A stretch of 64,000 nt of DNA from an uncultured virus (IMG/VR IMGVR_UViG_3300033145_003180) (IMGVR_UViG_3300033145_003180), one strand, 5' to 3'. Numbered from the stretch's first letter, positions 41,580 through 50,837 are shown. Translations and numbers: made by a program. The notes: a model not told the origin generated them from the sequence alone.

Positions 41580-44406
41580 AATAAGTAATGAAAGGCGAGA
41601 AAAGATGGAAGCGGAATTAATATTTAATGGCAACTCAAATAATTTAACTCCAACTAGACCGCAAGAAGAATCGCTACTTGCTATCGCCAAAATGAAACAA
41701 CAAAATAAAAATAAGTATATGGTAGTGTTACCGTCTGGTATCGGCAAAACATATCTTAGTGCTTTTGAAACATATGATTTTGATGGAAGAATTTTATATC
41801 TTGCTCATAGAATTGAAATTTTAACTCAAGCAAAAAATGTTTTTAAATCAATTCATGAAATTAAAGACAAAGATATTGGCTTGTATAACCAAAAGAAAAA
41901 ACAACTTGATAAAAAAATTGTTTTTGCTTCTGTTCAAGCCATTAGTAGAACAAAAAATCTGCATCAGATAAAAAAAGATTATTTTGATTATATAATTCTT
42001 GATGAATTTCATCATGCCGCAGCATTAAGCTATCAAAGAATACTGCAATATTTCAAACCAAAATATTTACTTGGGATAACTGCTACACCATATAGATTAG
42101 ATGGAAAAGATATTCTTTCATCAATAAACTATAACATTCCATATCAAATGGAATTGAAAGAAGGGATAGATGCAGGGTGGTTATCTCCTTTTATGTATTA
42201 TGGTTTATGGGATGATATTGATTACTCGGATATAAAATGGAGTGGATATAAATACACAGAAAAAGATCTAAATAAAAAACTCCTGATTAAAAAACGAGAT
42301 GATGCTGTCATACATGAAGTTAAAAAAAGAATTGGTGCGAGACAAACTATTGGTTTCTGTTGTTCTATAAAGCATGTAAAAAGATGTGTAAGAACATTCA
42401 ATGATGCTGGTTTTTCTACAAATGCAATTCATTGTGAAATTGGTTTGAAAGAAAGAAGGCAGATAATTAAGGATTTTAGAGGGGGGGAATATCAAATTAT
42501 TTTTACAAGAGATATTTTTAACGAAGGTGTTGACTTCCCAGAGGTTGAATGTCTTTTGTTTTTAAGACCTACGTTTTCTAAAACAGTTTTTTTCCAACAG
42601 CTTGGGCGAGGTTTGAGGAAAAAAGAAGGAAAGGAAAATGTAATTGTTTTAGATTTTATTGGTAACTATGTTAATGCATATAAAATTAGAGAGTGGTTTA
42701 AAGCAGTTGTCAGCACAGGTGAAGGGGAAAGTTATTTCAAACCAGAATATACACATAAACAATCAAAAGTTTTTTTTGATGATAGAATTATTGATTTATT
42801 TGAGTTGCAAGAAAAGCATTCAAGATATGCAAAAGAACAGCTTGTCAAACATTATCTAGAACTAAAAGAAAAGATCGGTAAAAATCCTTCTGCACACGAC
42901 ATGGAGAGATATAGTGATATTTCCATCTGTCCATATATAACATGGTGGGGTTCTTGGCTTAATTTTAAAATTTTTATGAAAGATAATGTAACACATATAA
43001 CAAAGAATCAAATTAAAGAACAATATCATAATTTTTATAAGAGTTATAAACGTCACCCGTCAGTTAGGGATATAAGAAAACATCATTTATATACAGATAA
43101 TACAGTAAGGGCAATTTTTGGTTGTGGATTTAGTGCTGCGTTGAAGGAGATGGGGTTTGAACCGAAAAGAATGACTTGCTTAGACGTGTCACCTGAAGAT
43201 GTGGTGAAAGATTATTTTAAAGCAAAAGAAAGGGTTGGGAGACGACCATGTGTTAGTACCGACAAAAAATATTGTGAGTTAAACACTATATATTCATGGA
43301 TGTATTATTGTACACGATATTTCGGTTCATACCATAATTTTTTAATTATAATAAATGAATCATTACCTTTTCATACTTCACCAACAAAAAAAGATTTAAT
43401 AGATAATTATGATAGAGTGCAAAAAATATTAAAAAAGCCGTTAATTCAAACACACCTAGATACAAAACCAAGTCTTTATCACTCATATTTTTACAATAAA
43501 ACATGGGGATCTTGGAGTGGTTTTTTAGAGGATATAGGTGTAAAAGTAAAAATAACAAAAGAAATATTAATTAAACATTATTATAAACGCAAAGATGAAC
43601 TTGGTGAACAACCAGATACAACCACAATAGCTGGAGATTACATAGGTAGCTACTTTCCATATAAAAGAATATTTGGAAGTTGGAAGAAATTCCTAAATGA
43701 AATTGGAGAAGAGAAAAAACCTGTCATACAACACACAAGACAAGATGTAATAGATAAGTATAATGAAATCAAAAAAACAAAGATGCCAGGAAGACGGGAT
43801 CTTGGTTTTAGTGATAATATATATGTTAAATTATTTGGTTCATATCAAAATTTCAAAGAAAATGTGATGAATGACGGTGTTAATAAAAGGCTGACTAAAA
43901 AACAAATTGAAGATAAAATATTAGTGTTTTATAAAAAGAATGGTTTTATACCAAAAACAGCAGAATTGCCTAAATATAACCTACCTTGCTTTCAAACAAT
44001 TACAGATAGATTTGGGTCATACCATAATTTTATATCAGGAATAGGACTAAAACCATTTCGGAATAAGAACGTAACAAAAAAAGAGTTGATTGAACATTAT
44101 TATAAATTTAAAAAGGCATTAGGTAGAAAACCAATAGAGCAGGAATTAGAGATGGGCGGGTTAAAGCATTGGTATAACAAATACTACGGTTCTATAGAGA
44201 GATTTTTAATTGAGATTGGTGAAATAAAAATGAATAAAGAAGAATTGATTGACCGTTATCTTAATTTAAAAAGGAAGATAAAAAAGACACCGTCCGCTGC
44301 TGATATGATGAAAATTGGTAGAACTGTGAAACCATACGAGAGAATATGGGGTTCTTGGACTAGCTTCAAAAAAGAAATGGAAGAATCCCATAAAATATCT
44401 ACATAA
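41566..44406 (+). CDS. SF2 DExH (ResIII-like) helicase with 9 C-terminal helical repeats
   Basis: PSGIGKT, DEFHH, TATP, EGVD, QQLGRGLR; repeats K..li..Y...lG..P...(F/W)GS(W/Y)..F. Confidence 0.9.
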   Translation: MRKYKISNERREKMEAELIFNGNSNNLTPTRPQEESLLAIAKMKQQNKNKYMVVLPSGIGKTYLSAFETYDFDGRILYLAHRIEILTQAKNVFKSIHEIKDKDIGLYNQKKKQLDKKIVFASVQAISRTKNLHQIKKDYFDYIILDEFHHAAALSYQRILQYFKPKYLLGITATPYRLDGKDILSSINYNIPYQMELKEGIDAGWLSPFMYYGLWDDIDYSDIKWSGYKYTEKDLNKKLLIKKRDDAVIHEVKKRIGARQTIGFCCSIKHVKRCVRTFNDAGFSTNAIHCEIGLKERRQIIKDFRGGEYQIIFTRDIFNEGVDFPEVECLLFLRPTFSKTVFFQQLGRGLRKKEGKENVIVLDFIGNYVNAYKIREWFKAVVSTGEGESYFKPEYTHKQSKVFFDDRIIDLFELQEKHSRYAKEQLVKHYLELKEKIGKNPSAHDMERYSDISICPYITWWGSWLNFKIFMKDNVTHITKNQIKEQYHNFYKSYKRHPSVRDIRKHHLYTDNTVRAIFGCGFSAALKEMGFEPKRMTCLDVSPEDVVKDYFKAKERVGRRPCVSTDKKYCELNTIYSWMYYCTRYFGSYHNFLIIINESLPFHTSPTKKDLIDNYDRVQKILKKPLIQTHLDTKPSLYHSYFYNKTWGSWSGFLEDIGVKVKITKEILIKHYYKRKDELGEQPDTTTIAGDYIGSYFPYKRIFGSWKKFLNEIGEEKKPVIQHTRQDVIDKYNEIKKTKMPGRRDLGFSDNIYVKLFGSYQNFKENVMNDGVNKRLTKKQIEDKILVFYKKNGFIPKTAELPKYNLPCFQTITDRFGSYHNFISGIGLKPFRNKNVTKKELIEHYYKFKKALGRKPIEQELEMGGLKHWYNKYYGSIERFLIEIGEIKMNKEELIDRYLNLKRKIKKTPSAADMMKIGRTVKPYERIWGSWTSFKKEMEESHKIST

Positions 44407-44449
44407 GCCAATTTCCTCGTGAAATCCACCAGAGGCTTGCTATGACATA
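44382..44449 (+). repeat. orphan TIGR array remnant (1.5 units plus array terminus)
   Basis: gaatccca taaaatatc tacataagcca atttcctcg tgaaatcca ccagaggct tgctatgacata. Confidence 0.75.
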
Positions 44450-44472
44450 GAAAAAAAAGAGTGCGATGAAAC

Positions 44473-44976
44473 ATGAAAATGAATAACGTAATTGTAAATC
44501 TAACACAACAGGAAGTAGTAGTATATTCAGAAGACAAAAACAAGGTGATGCATAGATTACCACCAAGTATATCAGACAAGCGTTATGGCGGTATTGCATA
44601 TGTGAAGAATGATATTACACCACCACCCAGAATAGAATCCATTAATGACATCCCACTAGTACATATCAAAGAACACAACGAGCTAGGGGGCTTTCCAACA
44701 GAGTGCCCGTCAGGTGCGGGTGTAACAGGGCCTGAGTATATTGTCGAACCTGATGTTTTACGAGTTATGGCAGGATATGGACCACCTCATACCATGTCAC
44801 CTGATTATTCACCAGATAGTGTTGTCAAAGATGAAAAAGGGAAGATTCTCGGAGTGAGACGTTTTATCGGATATATGAATCCTGTAGACCACCGACTTCC
44901 AAAAGATGTTTTTAACAAGGTTATGGAAAAATTTTATCCCGATCCAGAGAGAAAGTTACCGAAGGGATGTATTTGA
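44473..44976 (+). CDS. hypothetical protein, paralog of 49169-49867
   Basis: Shared N.T..E.VVYS.DK and PDYSPDS.V.D..G.ILGVRRF. Confidence 0.8.
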   Translation: MKMNNVIVNLTQQEVVVYSEDKNKVMHRLPPSISDKRYGGIAYVKNDITPPPRIESINDIPLVHIKEHNELGGFPTECPSGAGVTGPEYIVEPDVLRVMAGYGPPHTMSPDYSPDSVVKDEKGKILGVRRFIGYMNPVDHRLPKDVFNKVMEKFYPDPERKLPKGCI

Positions 44977-45215
44977 TGGATTATCTGGAACACCAGTACA
45001 ACTATGCTAAAAGACAAACAGAAGGAGACGATGAGGATGTAGTAAAAGTAGATAGAAATGATGTGTTTGCAGTGATGGAGGTTGGATATTGGTATTTTAC
45101 TAAACTAATCCAAAAGCATAAAGTAGGATGGAGAGATTGGTCTTTTGACGAGAACCGCAAAATCAATAAAATGAAAAGGGAGATAATTAATGCAGAGAGA
45201 GTTGATAGCCTTTAA
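44967..45215 (+). CDS. hypothetical protein
   Basis: ORF track. Confidence 0.55.
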   Translation: MYLMDYLEHQYNYAKRQTEGDDEDVVKVDRNDVFAVMEVGYWYFTKLIQKHKVGWRDWSFDENRKINKMKREIINAERVDSL

Positions 45216-45319
45216 CAGCTGTTGGTGGTATCCCTATGTGGATGATATCTGATGACGAAGTCCCAGGTATTGCGAGGCATTCTGCATAACGCCAGCAGTT
45301 GGGGGATATTATCAACTCT
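45198..45319 (+). ncRNA. putative long-hairpin structured RNA/DNA element, copy 1
   Basis: AGAGTTGATA/TATCAACTCT closing stem with nested stems; repeated at 49860. Confidence 0.55.
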
Positions 45320-45521
45320 GATTTAAGGATGAAAGGGAATTGAGGAAATATCTTAATTTAAATGAGAGGTAATAACAATGAATGAAATTAGAATTTGTAA
45401 AATAGGAAATGGATATACAATCTATATTGACTGCGAAACATATTTTGTCAAAACAGAAGATGAGGTAATAGATTATGTTAAAAGGACAATGAAATTATTA
45501 GGAACGGGATAGGGTAAAAAA

Positions 45522-45797
45522 TTGAAAAAGCGTGGGGATAAGGTTAGCAGATTTCTCAAAAAATTAGATAGAAAGCAATCAACAGATAAGTTGTGGAATA
45601 GTTATAAAGGGGAAGACCCAAAAATATTCCGTAAGCGAAAAACTAAATCTTGTTATTGTGGATGGCATAGCCAAGGTAAAGAAACATTCAATCCAGACCA
45701 GACAAAACATTGGAAAAAGAATAAATATATGTTTTGGAGAAGACTTTTAAAAGCATACCGAATAAAAGAGAAGGAAAAACATGAAAAAAACTTATAA
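45522..45797 (+). CDS. basic hypothetical protein
   Basis: ORF track. Confidence 0.5.
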   Translation: MKKRGDKVSRFLKKLDRKQSTDKLWNSYKGEDPKIFRKRKTKSCYCGWHSQGKETFNPDQTKHWKKNKYMFWRRLLKAYRIKEKEKHEKNL

Positions 45798-46224
45798 TCC
45801 GTTTAAAATAAATATCAAAGAATTAGTAATTTATGTAAATGATTATTGTAATCGGCGATGCCGGCATTGTTACTATATTTTGGATGGAAAAGGGCATACC
45901 GATGTAAATCCCAGTTGGATTCAATGGGTAGTGGATAACTTCGATATTGAAAAAGCCATTGTTGTCGGTGGCGAACCAATTTTAAGCCCACGATTACCAG
46001 AAGTATTAAGCATCCTCAAAAAAGGCATGAAGATAAAAGAGGGGGAAAACAATCCATCCATAACATTATCTACAAATTGCAAGTGGATCGAGTGGGGTAA
46101 TAAGAACGGAAAAGAAATATTACCTCTCGGCCCGAGGGATATGAAATATACGGATGTCGTTGACCTGTTGGAAGATGGTGGTGTAAAAAGTGTAAAAAAT
46201 ATCATCGATATGGTAGTGAAATAG
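45781..46224 (+). pseudogene. truncated copy of radical SAM gene 50838-52007
   Basis: CNRRCRHC; homology ends after GGVKS. Confidence 0.8.
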
Positions 46225-46260
46225 GTAAAATGCATAGAAGATTCAATTCTGGCATTGTAA

Positions 46261-46497
46261 GTGAGACAAAAAATGGAGATGGTAAAAATGTATAAAAACA
46301 GAGGGCAGAAGTTTAATCAGATGTTTAAACGATGGGTTAAATTGGATACAGAAACAGGAATGATACTTAGCGTCAAGTGTGATAAGAAACCTTATAAAAA
46401 TGTTGAGATACTTCCGGATTATAGAGAGAAGGCTAAAAAGCATTTGTATGATATGGGATGGACGCTGGAAGAGATAGCAAAACACATGAAATTATAA
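46261..46497 (+). CDS. hypothetical protein with HTH-like C-terminus
   Basis: LYDMGWTLEEIAKHM. Confidence 0.6.
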   Translation: MRQKMEMVKMYKNRGQKFNQMFKRWVKLDTETGMILSVKCDKKPYKNVEILPDYREKAKKHLYDMGWTLEEIAKHMKL

Positions 46498-46527
46498 TAT
46501 AATATTGTTTTTCTGACAGAATACATA

Positions 46528-46542
46528 GAAACTTATATAAAA
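46528..46542 (+). promoter_or_regulatory. BRE-TATA promoter for the abrB-tas-TIGR unit
   Basis: gaaacTTATATAAAA about 25 nt before ATG 46564 (leaderless geometry). Confidence 0.6.
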
Positions 46543-46563
46543 CCCTATTTTATACTATATTTT

Positions 46564-46701
46564 ATGGAAACAACACAGAAGGTTGGGAAGGATTTCAGGA
46601 TCATTATTCCTGGTCCCATTAGGCGAGTGATGAACATCGACGTTGATGATGATGTCGTTATCGATATAAAAGAAGTAATAAGAAAGGAGGAAAAACAATG
46701 A
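46564..46701 (+). CDS. AbrB/MazE/SpoVT-family DNA-binding protein (45 aa, not in ORF track)
   Basis: METTQKVGKDFRIIIPGPIRRVMNIDVDDDVVIDI; ATGA overlap with the Tas gene. Confidence 0.8.
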   Translation: METTQKVGKDFRIIIPGPIRRVMNIDVDDDVVIDIKEVIRKEEKQ

Positions 46702-47804
46702 CCAGTGAAATAGAAGGTGTCGATATCATTCTGGATCTTGGCAAGGCAACAGTTCCAGCATATTATGATCTACAGAACTTGAGGATATCATCATCCCATC
46801 GTGTCAGAGATATTGTACGCAGAAAAATCATGGGAATACCGATGAGTACCCCAGAAAGGAAAAAAGAAACGAAAACCTTTGATGAAAAATTCAAGGACAA
46901 AAACATAGTGGGGTACCTAGATGATATGTTCAAGAAGGGGCAGATAACTGACAACGAAAGAAGATATCTTTTTGATATGATCAATGTTGTAAACGGCCTG
47001 AAAAAACAGGAGAACAGTTACAAAAAACTCATGGAACAGTATCTTATGAAAGAGGAGATATGGCATGCATGGTTGAAGAATGTCAGAGGTATCGGTGAAG
47101 TAATCGCCGCAAATCTTGTTAACAAATTCGGATATTGTGAAGTTATCGTCTGGGATAAGAAAGAAAATGTTATGTATGCCAGAGAAACAGGCGATGAAAA
47201 GAAACTTGCAAAGGGTTTGCAGTTGGTCATGGAAGATGGAAAAAGATACAAGCAAACTGGTTTTTTCAGTGTTAATCATTTGAACAGCTACTGTGGAATG
47301 GATGTTACCAAAGATGGTGTGGCCACAAGAGCCATGAAAGGTGTTAAGAGCCATTTTGATCGTGATGCAAAGCAGATATGTTTTAAGATCTCCGAAAGCT
47401 TCAAGAAACAAAGAAGTCAACCGTACCGTGATATCTATGATGTAGCAAAAGCTGGATATCTGGATCGGGTGTATGAACCAGGAGTGCTTTATGAAAAATA
47501 TGGTAAGGGCTACAAAAGCGAGACGACAAAACAGTATAAGAGAGAGGATACAAAACTGATACTTGGGCATGCCGGAAGGATGGCTTTGAGAAAAACAGCG
47601 AAAATATTCCTGCAACATTACTGGACTGTCAGCAGACAACTGAAAGGGTTATCCACTGAGCCACCATTCATTATCAAAAATGATATGAAACACACGCATT
47701 ATATATCGCCACCGAATATCCCTGAGAGTCTGCAACCGTTTGACTGCTATAAAGAAGGACATGGATCAACACTGAGAGGAAAAGAATACACAAAAAAAGT
47801 ATAG
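46698..47804 (+). CDS. tasA: TIGR-associated Nop-domain protein, TasA-like (IS110-related, no RuvC or HNH)
   Basis: YYDLQNLRI..HRVR coiled coil; WLKNVRGIGEVIAANL; F.SVNHLNSYCG; YRDIYD..K; HAGRMALRKTAKIFLQHYW; directly upstream of the dual-repeat array. Confidence 0.8.
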   Translation: MTSEIEGVDIILDLGKATVPAYYDLQNLRISSSHRVRDIVRRKIMGIPMSTPERKKETKTFDEKFKDKNIVGYLDDMFKKGQITDNERRYLFDMINVVNGLKKQENSYKKLMEQYLMKEEIWHAWLKNVRGIGEVIAANLVNKFGYCEVIVWDKKENVMYARETGDEKKLAKGLQLVMEDGKRYKQTGFFSVNHLNSYCGMDVTKDGVATRAMKGVKSHFDRDAKQICFKISESFKKQRSQPYRDIYDVAKAGYLDRVYEPGVLYEKYGKGYKSETTKQYKREDTKLILGHAGRMALRKTAKIFLQHYWTVSRQLKGLSTEPPFIIKNDMKHTHYISPPNIPESLQPFDCYKEGHGSTLRGKEYTKKV

Positions 47805-47810
47805 AATGGG

Positions 47811-49149
47811 ATATAGCCAGCATCATAATGAAACCCAACAGCGAGTTGCATAAGCCACGAACCGGTTGAAACCCACTAATTTTATGCAAAAGCCAAGGAA
47901 AAAATGAAAACCAAAGACCGTTTGCAAAAGCCATATAAAGCATGAAACCCAGAAGAAAACTGCATAAGCCACTCAGAGAGTGAAACCCACTCTGTATCTG
48001 CATAAGCCATCGTCTGACTGAAACCCAACATACAAATGCATAAGCCAAAGACAGGTTGAAACCCAATTGTATCCTGCATAAGCCACATGTCAAATGAAAT
48101 CCAATTTAGTCTTGCATAAGCCACTGAGCAAATGAAACCCATTTTATTTTTGCATGAGCCATTGGATGGTTGAAACCCACTAACAAATTGCGAAAGCCAA
48201 AACTCGAATGAACCCCTTGTACATGTTGCAAAAAGCCAGTCTTGATATGAAACCCACGAGACAGTTGCAAAAGCCAATGCCTATCCTAGAAACCATATAA
48301 AGGGTGCAAAAGCCAAGGGGAATGTGAAATCCAGAATATATTTGCAAAAGCCACATCGAAGATGAAAACCACGTAGACCTTGCATAAAGCCATCACCTAT
48401 ATGAAAACCATAGAATAACTGCATAAGCCATTAAGTAAATGAAACCCAGAAACACATTGCTAAAGCCAACTAATAGATGAACACTACACTAGAATTGCAT
48501 AAGCCAAGGATGGTGAAACCATCACATCACTGCAAGAAGCCATATATAAAGTGAAATCCAAATATGTCCTGCAAAGCCACATATTGAATGAAACCCATCA
48601 AACGTTTGCATAAGTCATAAAAGAAGTGAAGCCCATGCATTCCCTACAAAAGCCATTGATACACTGAAACCCAAATGCTGTTTGCAAAGCCAAGAATGCG
48701 GTGAAAACCATATGACACCTACATAAGCCATCATCGACTTGAAACCCATATTTTACCTGCATAAGCCATGGGATTCTTGAAATCCAATGAAAATTTGCAA
48801 AAGCCAAAACAGAGATGAAGACCATTGATCAATTGCACAGCCATAGAAACTATGAAAACCAAAGCAAAATTGCATAAGCCAGGTAATAGATGAAACCCAA
48901 AAAAGAACTGCATAAAGCCATATGTGAAATGGAAACCACCATCACTTTGCAAAAGCCATGTTGAGATTGAAATCCAACACCCAAATGCAAAGCCAAGGCG
49001 AAAATGAAATCCGTAATGAACTTGCGAAAAGCCATGGTCCGAATGGAACCCATATTTGATCTGCATAAGCCATCATCGACTTGAAACCCATGTGTATTTT
49101 GCATAAGCCATATTACAAATGAAAACCAAGAAAATGTTGCTATAACATA
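47811..49149 (+). repeat. TIGR (tandem interspaced guide RNA) array, 35 dual-spacer units
   Basis: Unit = 9-nt spacer A + TGAAACCCA + 9-nt spacer B + TGCATAAGCCA; ~38-nt period; CCA/TG boundaries conserved. Confidence 0.9.
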
Positions 49150-49168
49150 AAAAAGAGTGTGATAAAAA

Positions 49169-49867
49169 ATGGAACATGGAATATATATAAATATGACACC
49201 TGATGAAATAGTAGTATACTCAAAAGACAAAAAAAGGATAAAACATAGATATCCCCCGAGTGGATTTGAGACATATGTAGAAATATCTGCAACACCTAAA
49301 CGAAGATCGAAATATGAAAGCGTCCCATTGATGGATATCGAATACGGTAAAGTAATAGATTTTCCACGTCCTGGCAACTTTCGGGGGAACATCTTAATTG
49401 TTGATCCCGATACATTAAGAGCCGTACATGGACGAGGGACTATTATGACAGTGGCTCCAGATTATTCACCAGATAGCATTGTCAGGGATAAAAACGGAAG
49501 GATTCTTGGGGTGAGAAGATTTGTGAGAATGTTCAAACCAACACATCCCCGACTACCAGAAGATATTTTTAGAAAAGTCATGGAAGAGCTTTATCCCGAT
49601 ATCGATATCAGAAATGCTGTAGCTAATGGAGCGTATATAATAAATAGATTGGAGAAAATCTACAGAAGTCATATGGTGTTTAAAGGATCGGAAGAAGCAT
49701 CAAAGACAGAAAGTACGCATATGGTTGAAGCAGCGAAGGATGCACGGGATATATTATATAATCAGAATGTATTATATGATGATGTTGTTCAAATAGTCGG
49801 AGAATCGGTTTATGGTAACAAGGGATTTATGGGGATTGTTGATAAATCTGAGAATGAAAAGAGTTGA
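49169..49867 (+). CDS. hypothetical protein, paralog of 44473-44976
   Basis: Shared motifs; directly follows the array. Confidence 0.8.
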   Translation: MEHGIYINMTPDEIVVYSKDKKRIKHRYPPSGFETYVEISATPKRRSKYESVPLMDIEYGKVIDFPRPGNFRGNILIVDPDTLRAVHGRGTIMTVAPDYSPDSIVRDKNGRILGVRRFVRMFKPTHPRLPEDIFRKVMEELYPDIDIRNAVANGAYIINRLEKIYRSHMVFKGSEEASKTESTHMVEAAKDARDILYNQNVLYDDVVQIVGESVYGNKGFMGIVDKSENEKS

Positions 49868-49982
49868 TAGCCCTTAACAGCCGTTGGTGGTATCCCTATG
49901 TGGATGATATCTGTGTCGGAATCAGGCAGGTATTGCGAGGTAGTCTGCATACCACCAACAGTTGGGGGATATTATCAACTCT
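49860..49982 (+). ncRNA. putative long-hairpin structured element, copy 2
   Basis: Same stems as 45198-45319 with a different apical loop. Confidence 0.55.
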
Positions 49983-50171
49983 GATTTAAGATGCAAGGGG
50001 ATATAGTCATGGCTGAGGGATCAGTGTTAGGGCACTAAATAGTAAATCCCGCCGAGGTGCAAAAACGGCGCGTTAAGGTTCGTTCTATGACTACCCTATA
50101 TTGCATACTAATAGCATTGAATAGGGAATCGGTAGAAATGAAAATTTCAATGGAAAATAGAGAGTAAGAGA

Positions 50172-50351
50172 ATGGGTAAAGCTAATTTACGTGAAGTAAC
50201 AGAAGAAGAGCAAAAGCAGTTTATCAAGGAATGTCAGGAGTTGATAAACAGCCATGATTGTGATAAGTGTCATGGCAAAATTGTGGCAATTTCAGTTGAT
50301 GCCTTTGGCAATAAATACTGCGGATATTGCGACAAAAAATATGGGAAATGA
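50172..50351 (+). CDS. small Zn-finger protein (59 aa)
   Basis: CDKC...CGYC, translated by hand. Confidence 0.55.
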   Translation: MGKANLREVTEEEQKQFIKECQELINSHDCDKCHGKIVAISVDAFGNKYCGYCDKKYGK

Positions 50352-50409
50352 TACTAATTACTCTACCCCTGAATAGAAGGATTTGATAAAAAAGGAGAAT
50401 GGATAGAAA

Positions 50410-50562
50410 ATGAATATATTTGAAGCAAAAAAGAAAAACTGCAAGTATTGTTTTGGTACTGGCGTTCAGACCAATAAACAAACAGGCATTCGGGGGCCTT
50501 GCCCATATTGTGGTGGAACAGGCAAAGAGAAAGATAAGAAACCTAAAATTTTACCACATTAA
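50410..50562 (+). CDS. small DnaJ-type CxxCxGxG Zn-finger protein (50 aa)
   Basis: CKYCFGTG...CPYCGGTG, translated by hand. Confidence 0.6.
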   Translation: MNIFEAKKKNCKYCFGTGVQTNKQTGIRGPCPYCGGTGKEKDKKPKILPH

Positions 50563-50574
50563 AGTAAGGAGGAT

Positions 50575-50811
50575 TTGATAAATATGGAAATAAACTTAAC
50601 AGAAGACATTAAGAAGTTATCTGAAAAACAGAAAGAAGATCTGATATTACATATCATCGGTATGTACAGAGCTGATTGGGAGAAACTTCCTTTTGTCTAT
50701 TGTCCAGTATGTGAAAGAGAGGTGAGTCGTAAAGGAGAAAAGATAAAAAAGATCATATTAGTTCCTGGGGAGTCTCTTGAAATTATAGTGAAAGAAGACT
50801 TGGTGGATTGA
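50575..50811 (+). CDS. hypothetical protein
   Basis: AGGAGG RBS; CPVC. Confidence 0.55.
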   Translation: MINMEINLTEDIKKLSEKQKEDLILHIIGMYRADWEKLPFVYCPVCEREVSRKGEKIKKIILVPGESLEIIVKEDLVD

Positions 50812-50837
50812 TAAAGATGGAAATGAATGGTGAATAG

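Noticed and set aside
45249..45270. Hammerhead ribozyme core (CTGATGA..GAA)
   Set aside because: No stem II between the motifs, and copy 2 of the hairpin does not keep CTGATGA
46698..47804. IS110 transposase
   Set aside because: Shares only the coiled-coil/Nop-like part; lacks the N-terminal DEDD RuvC domain and the catalytic Ser motif; the adjacent array fits Tas better
47820..49137. Self-targeting by TIGR spacers within the window
   Set aside because: A few 9-mers checked by eye (e.g. tatataaag at 57862) lacked the adjacent partner half; an exhaustive scan could not be run
47811..49149. CRISPR array
   Set aside because: Two alternating 9-11-nt repeats with 9-nt spacers, not 25-45-nt repeats with 30-40-nt spacers; no cas genes
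47674..49392. Minus-strand ORFs across the array (47674, 47882, 48598, 48731, 48850)
   Set aside because: Recurrent GF/WL/AYA words are simply translations of the repeats in shifting frames; a 38-nt period is not codon-compatible
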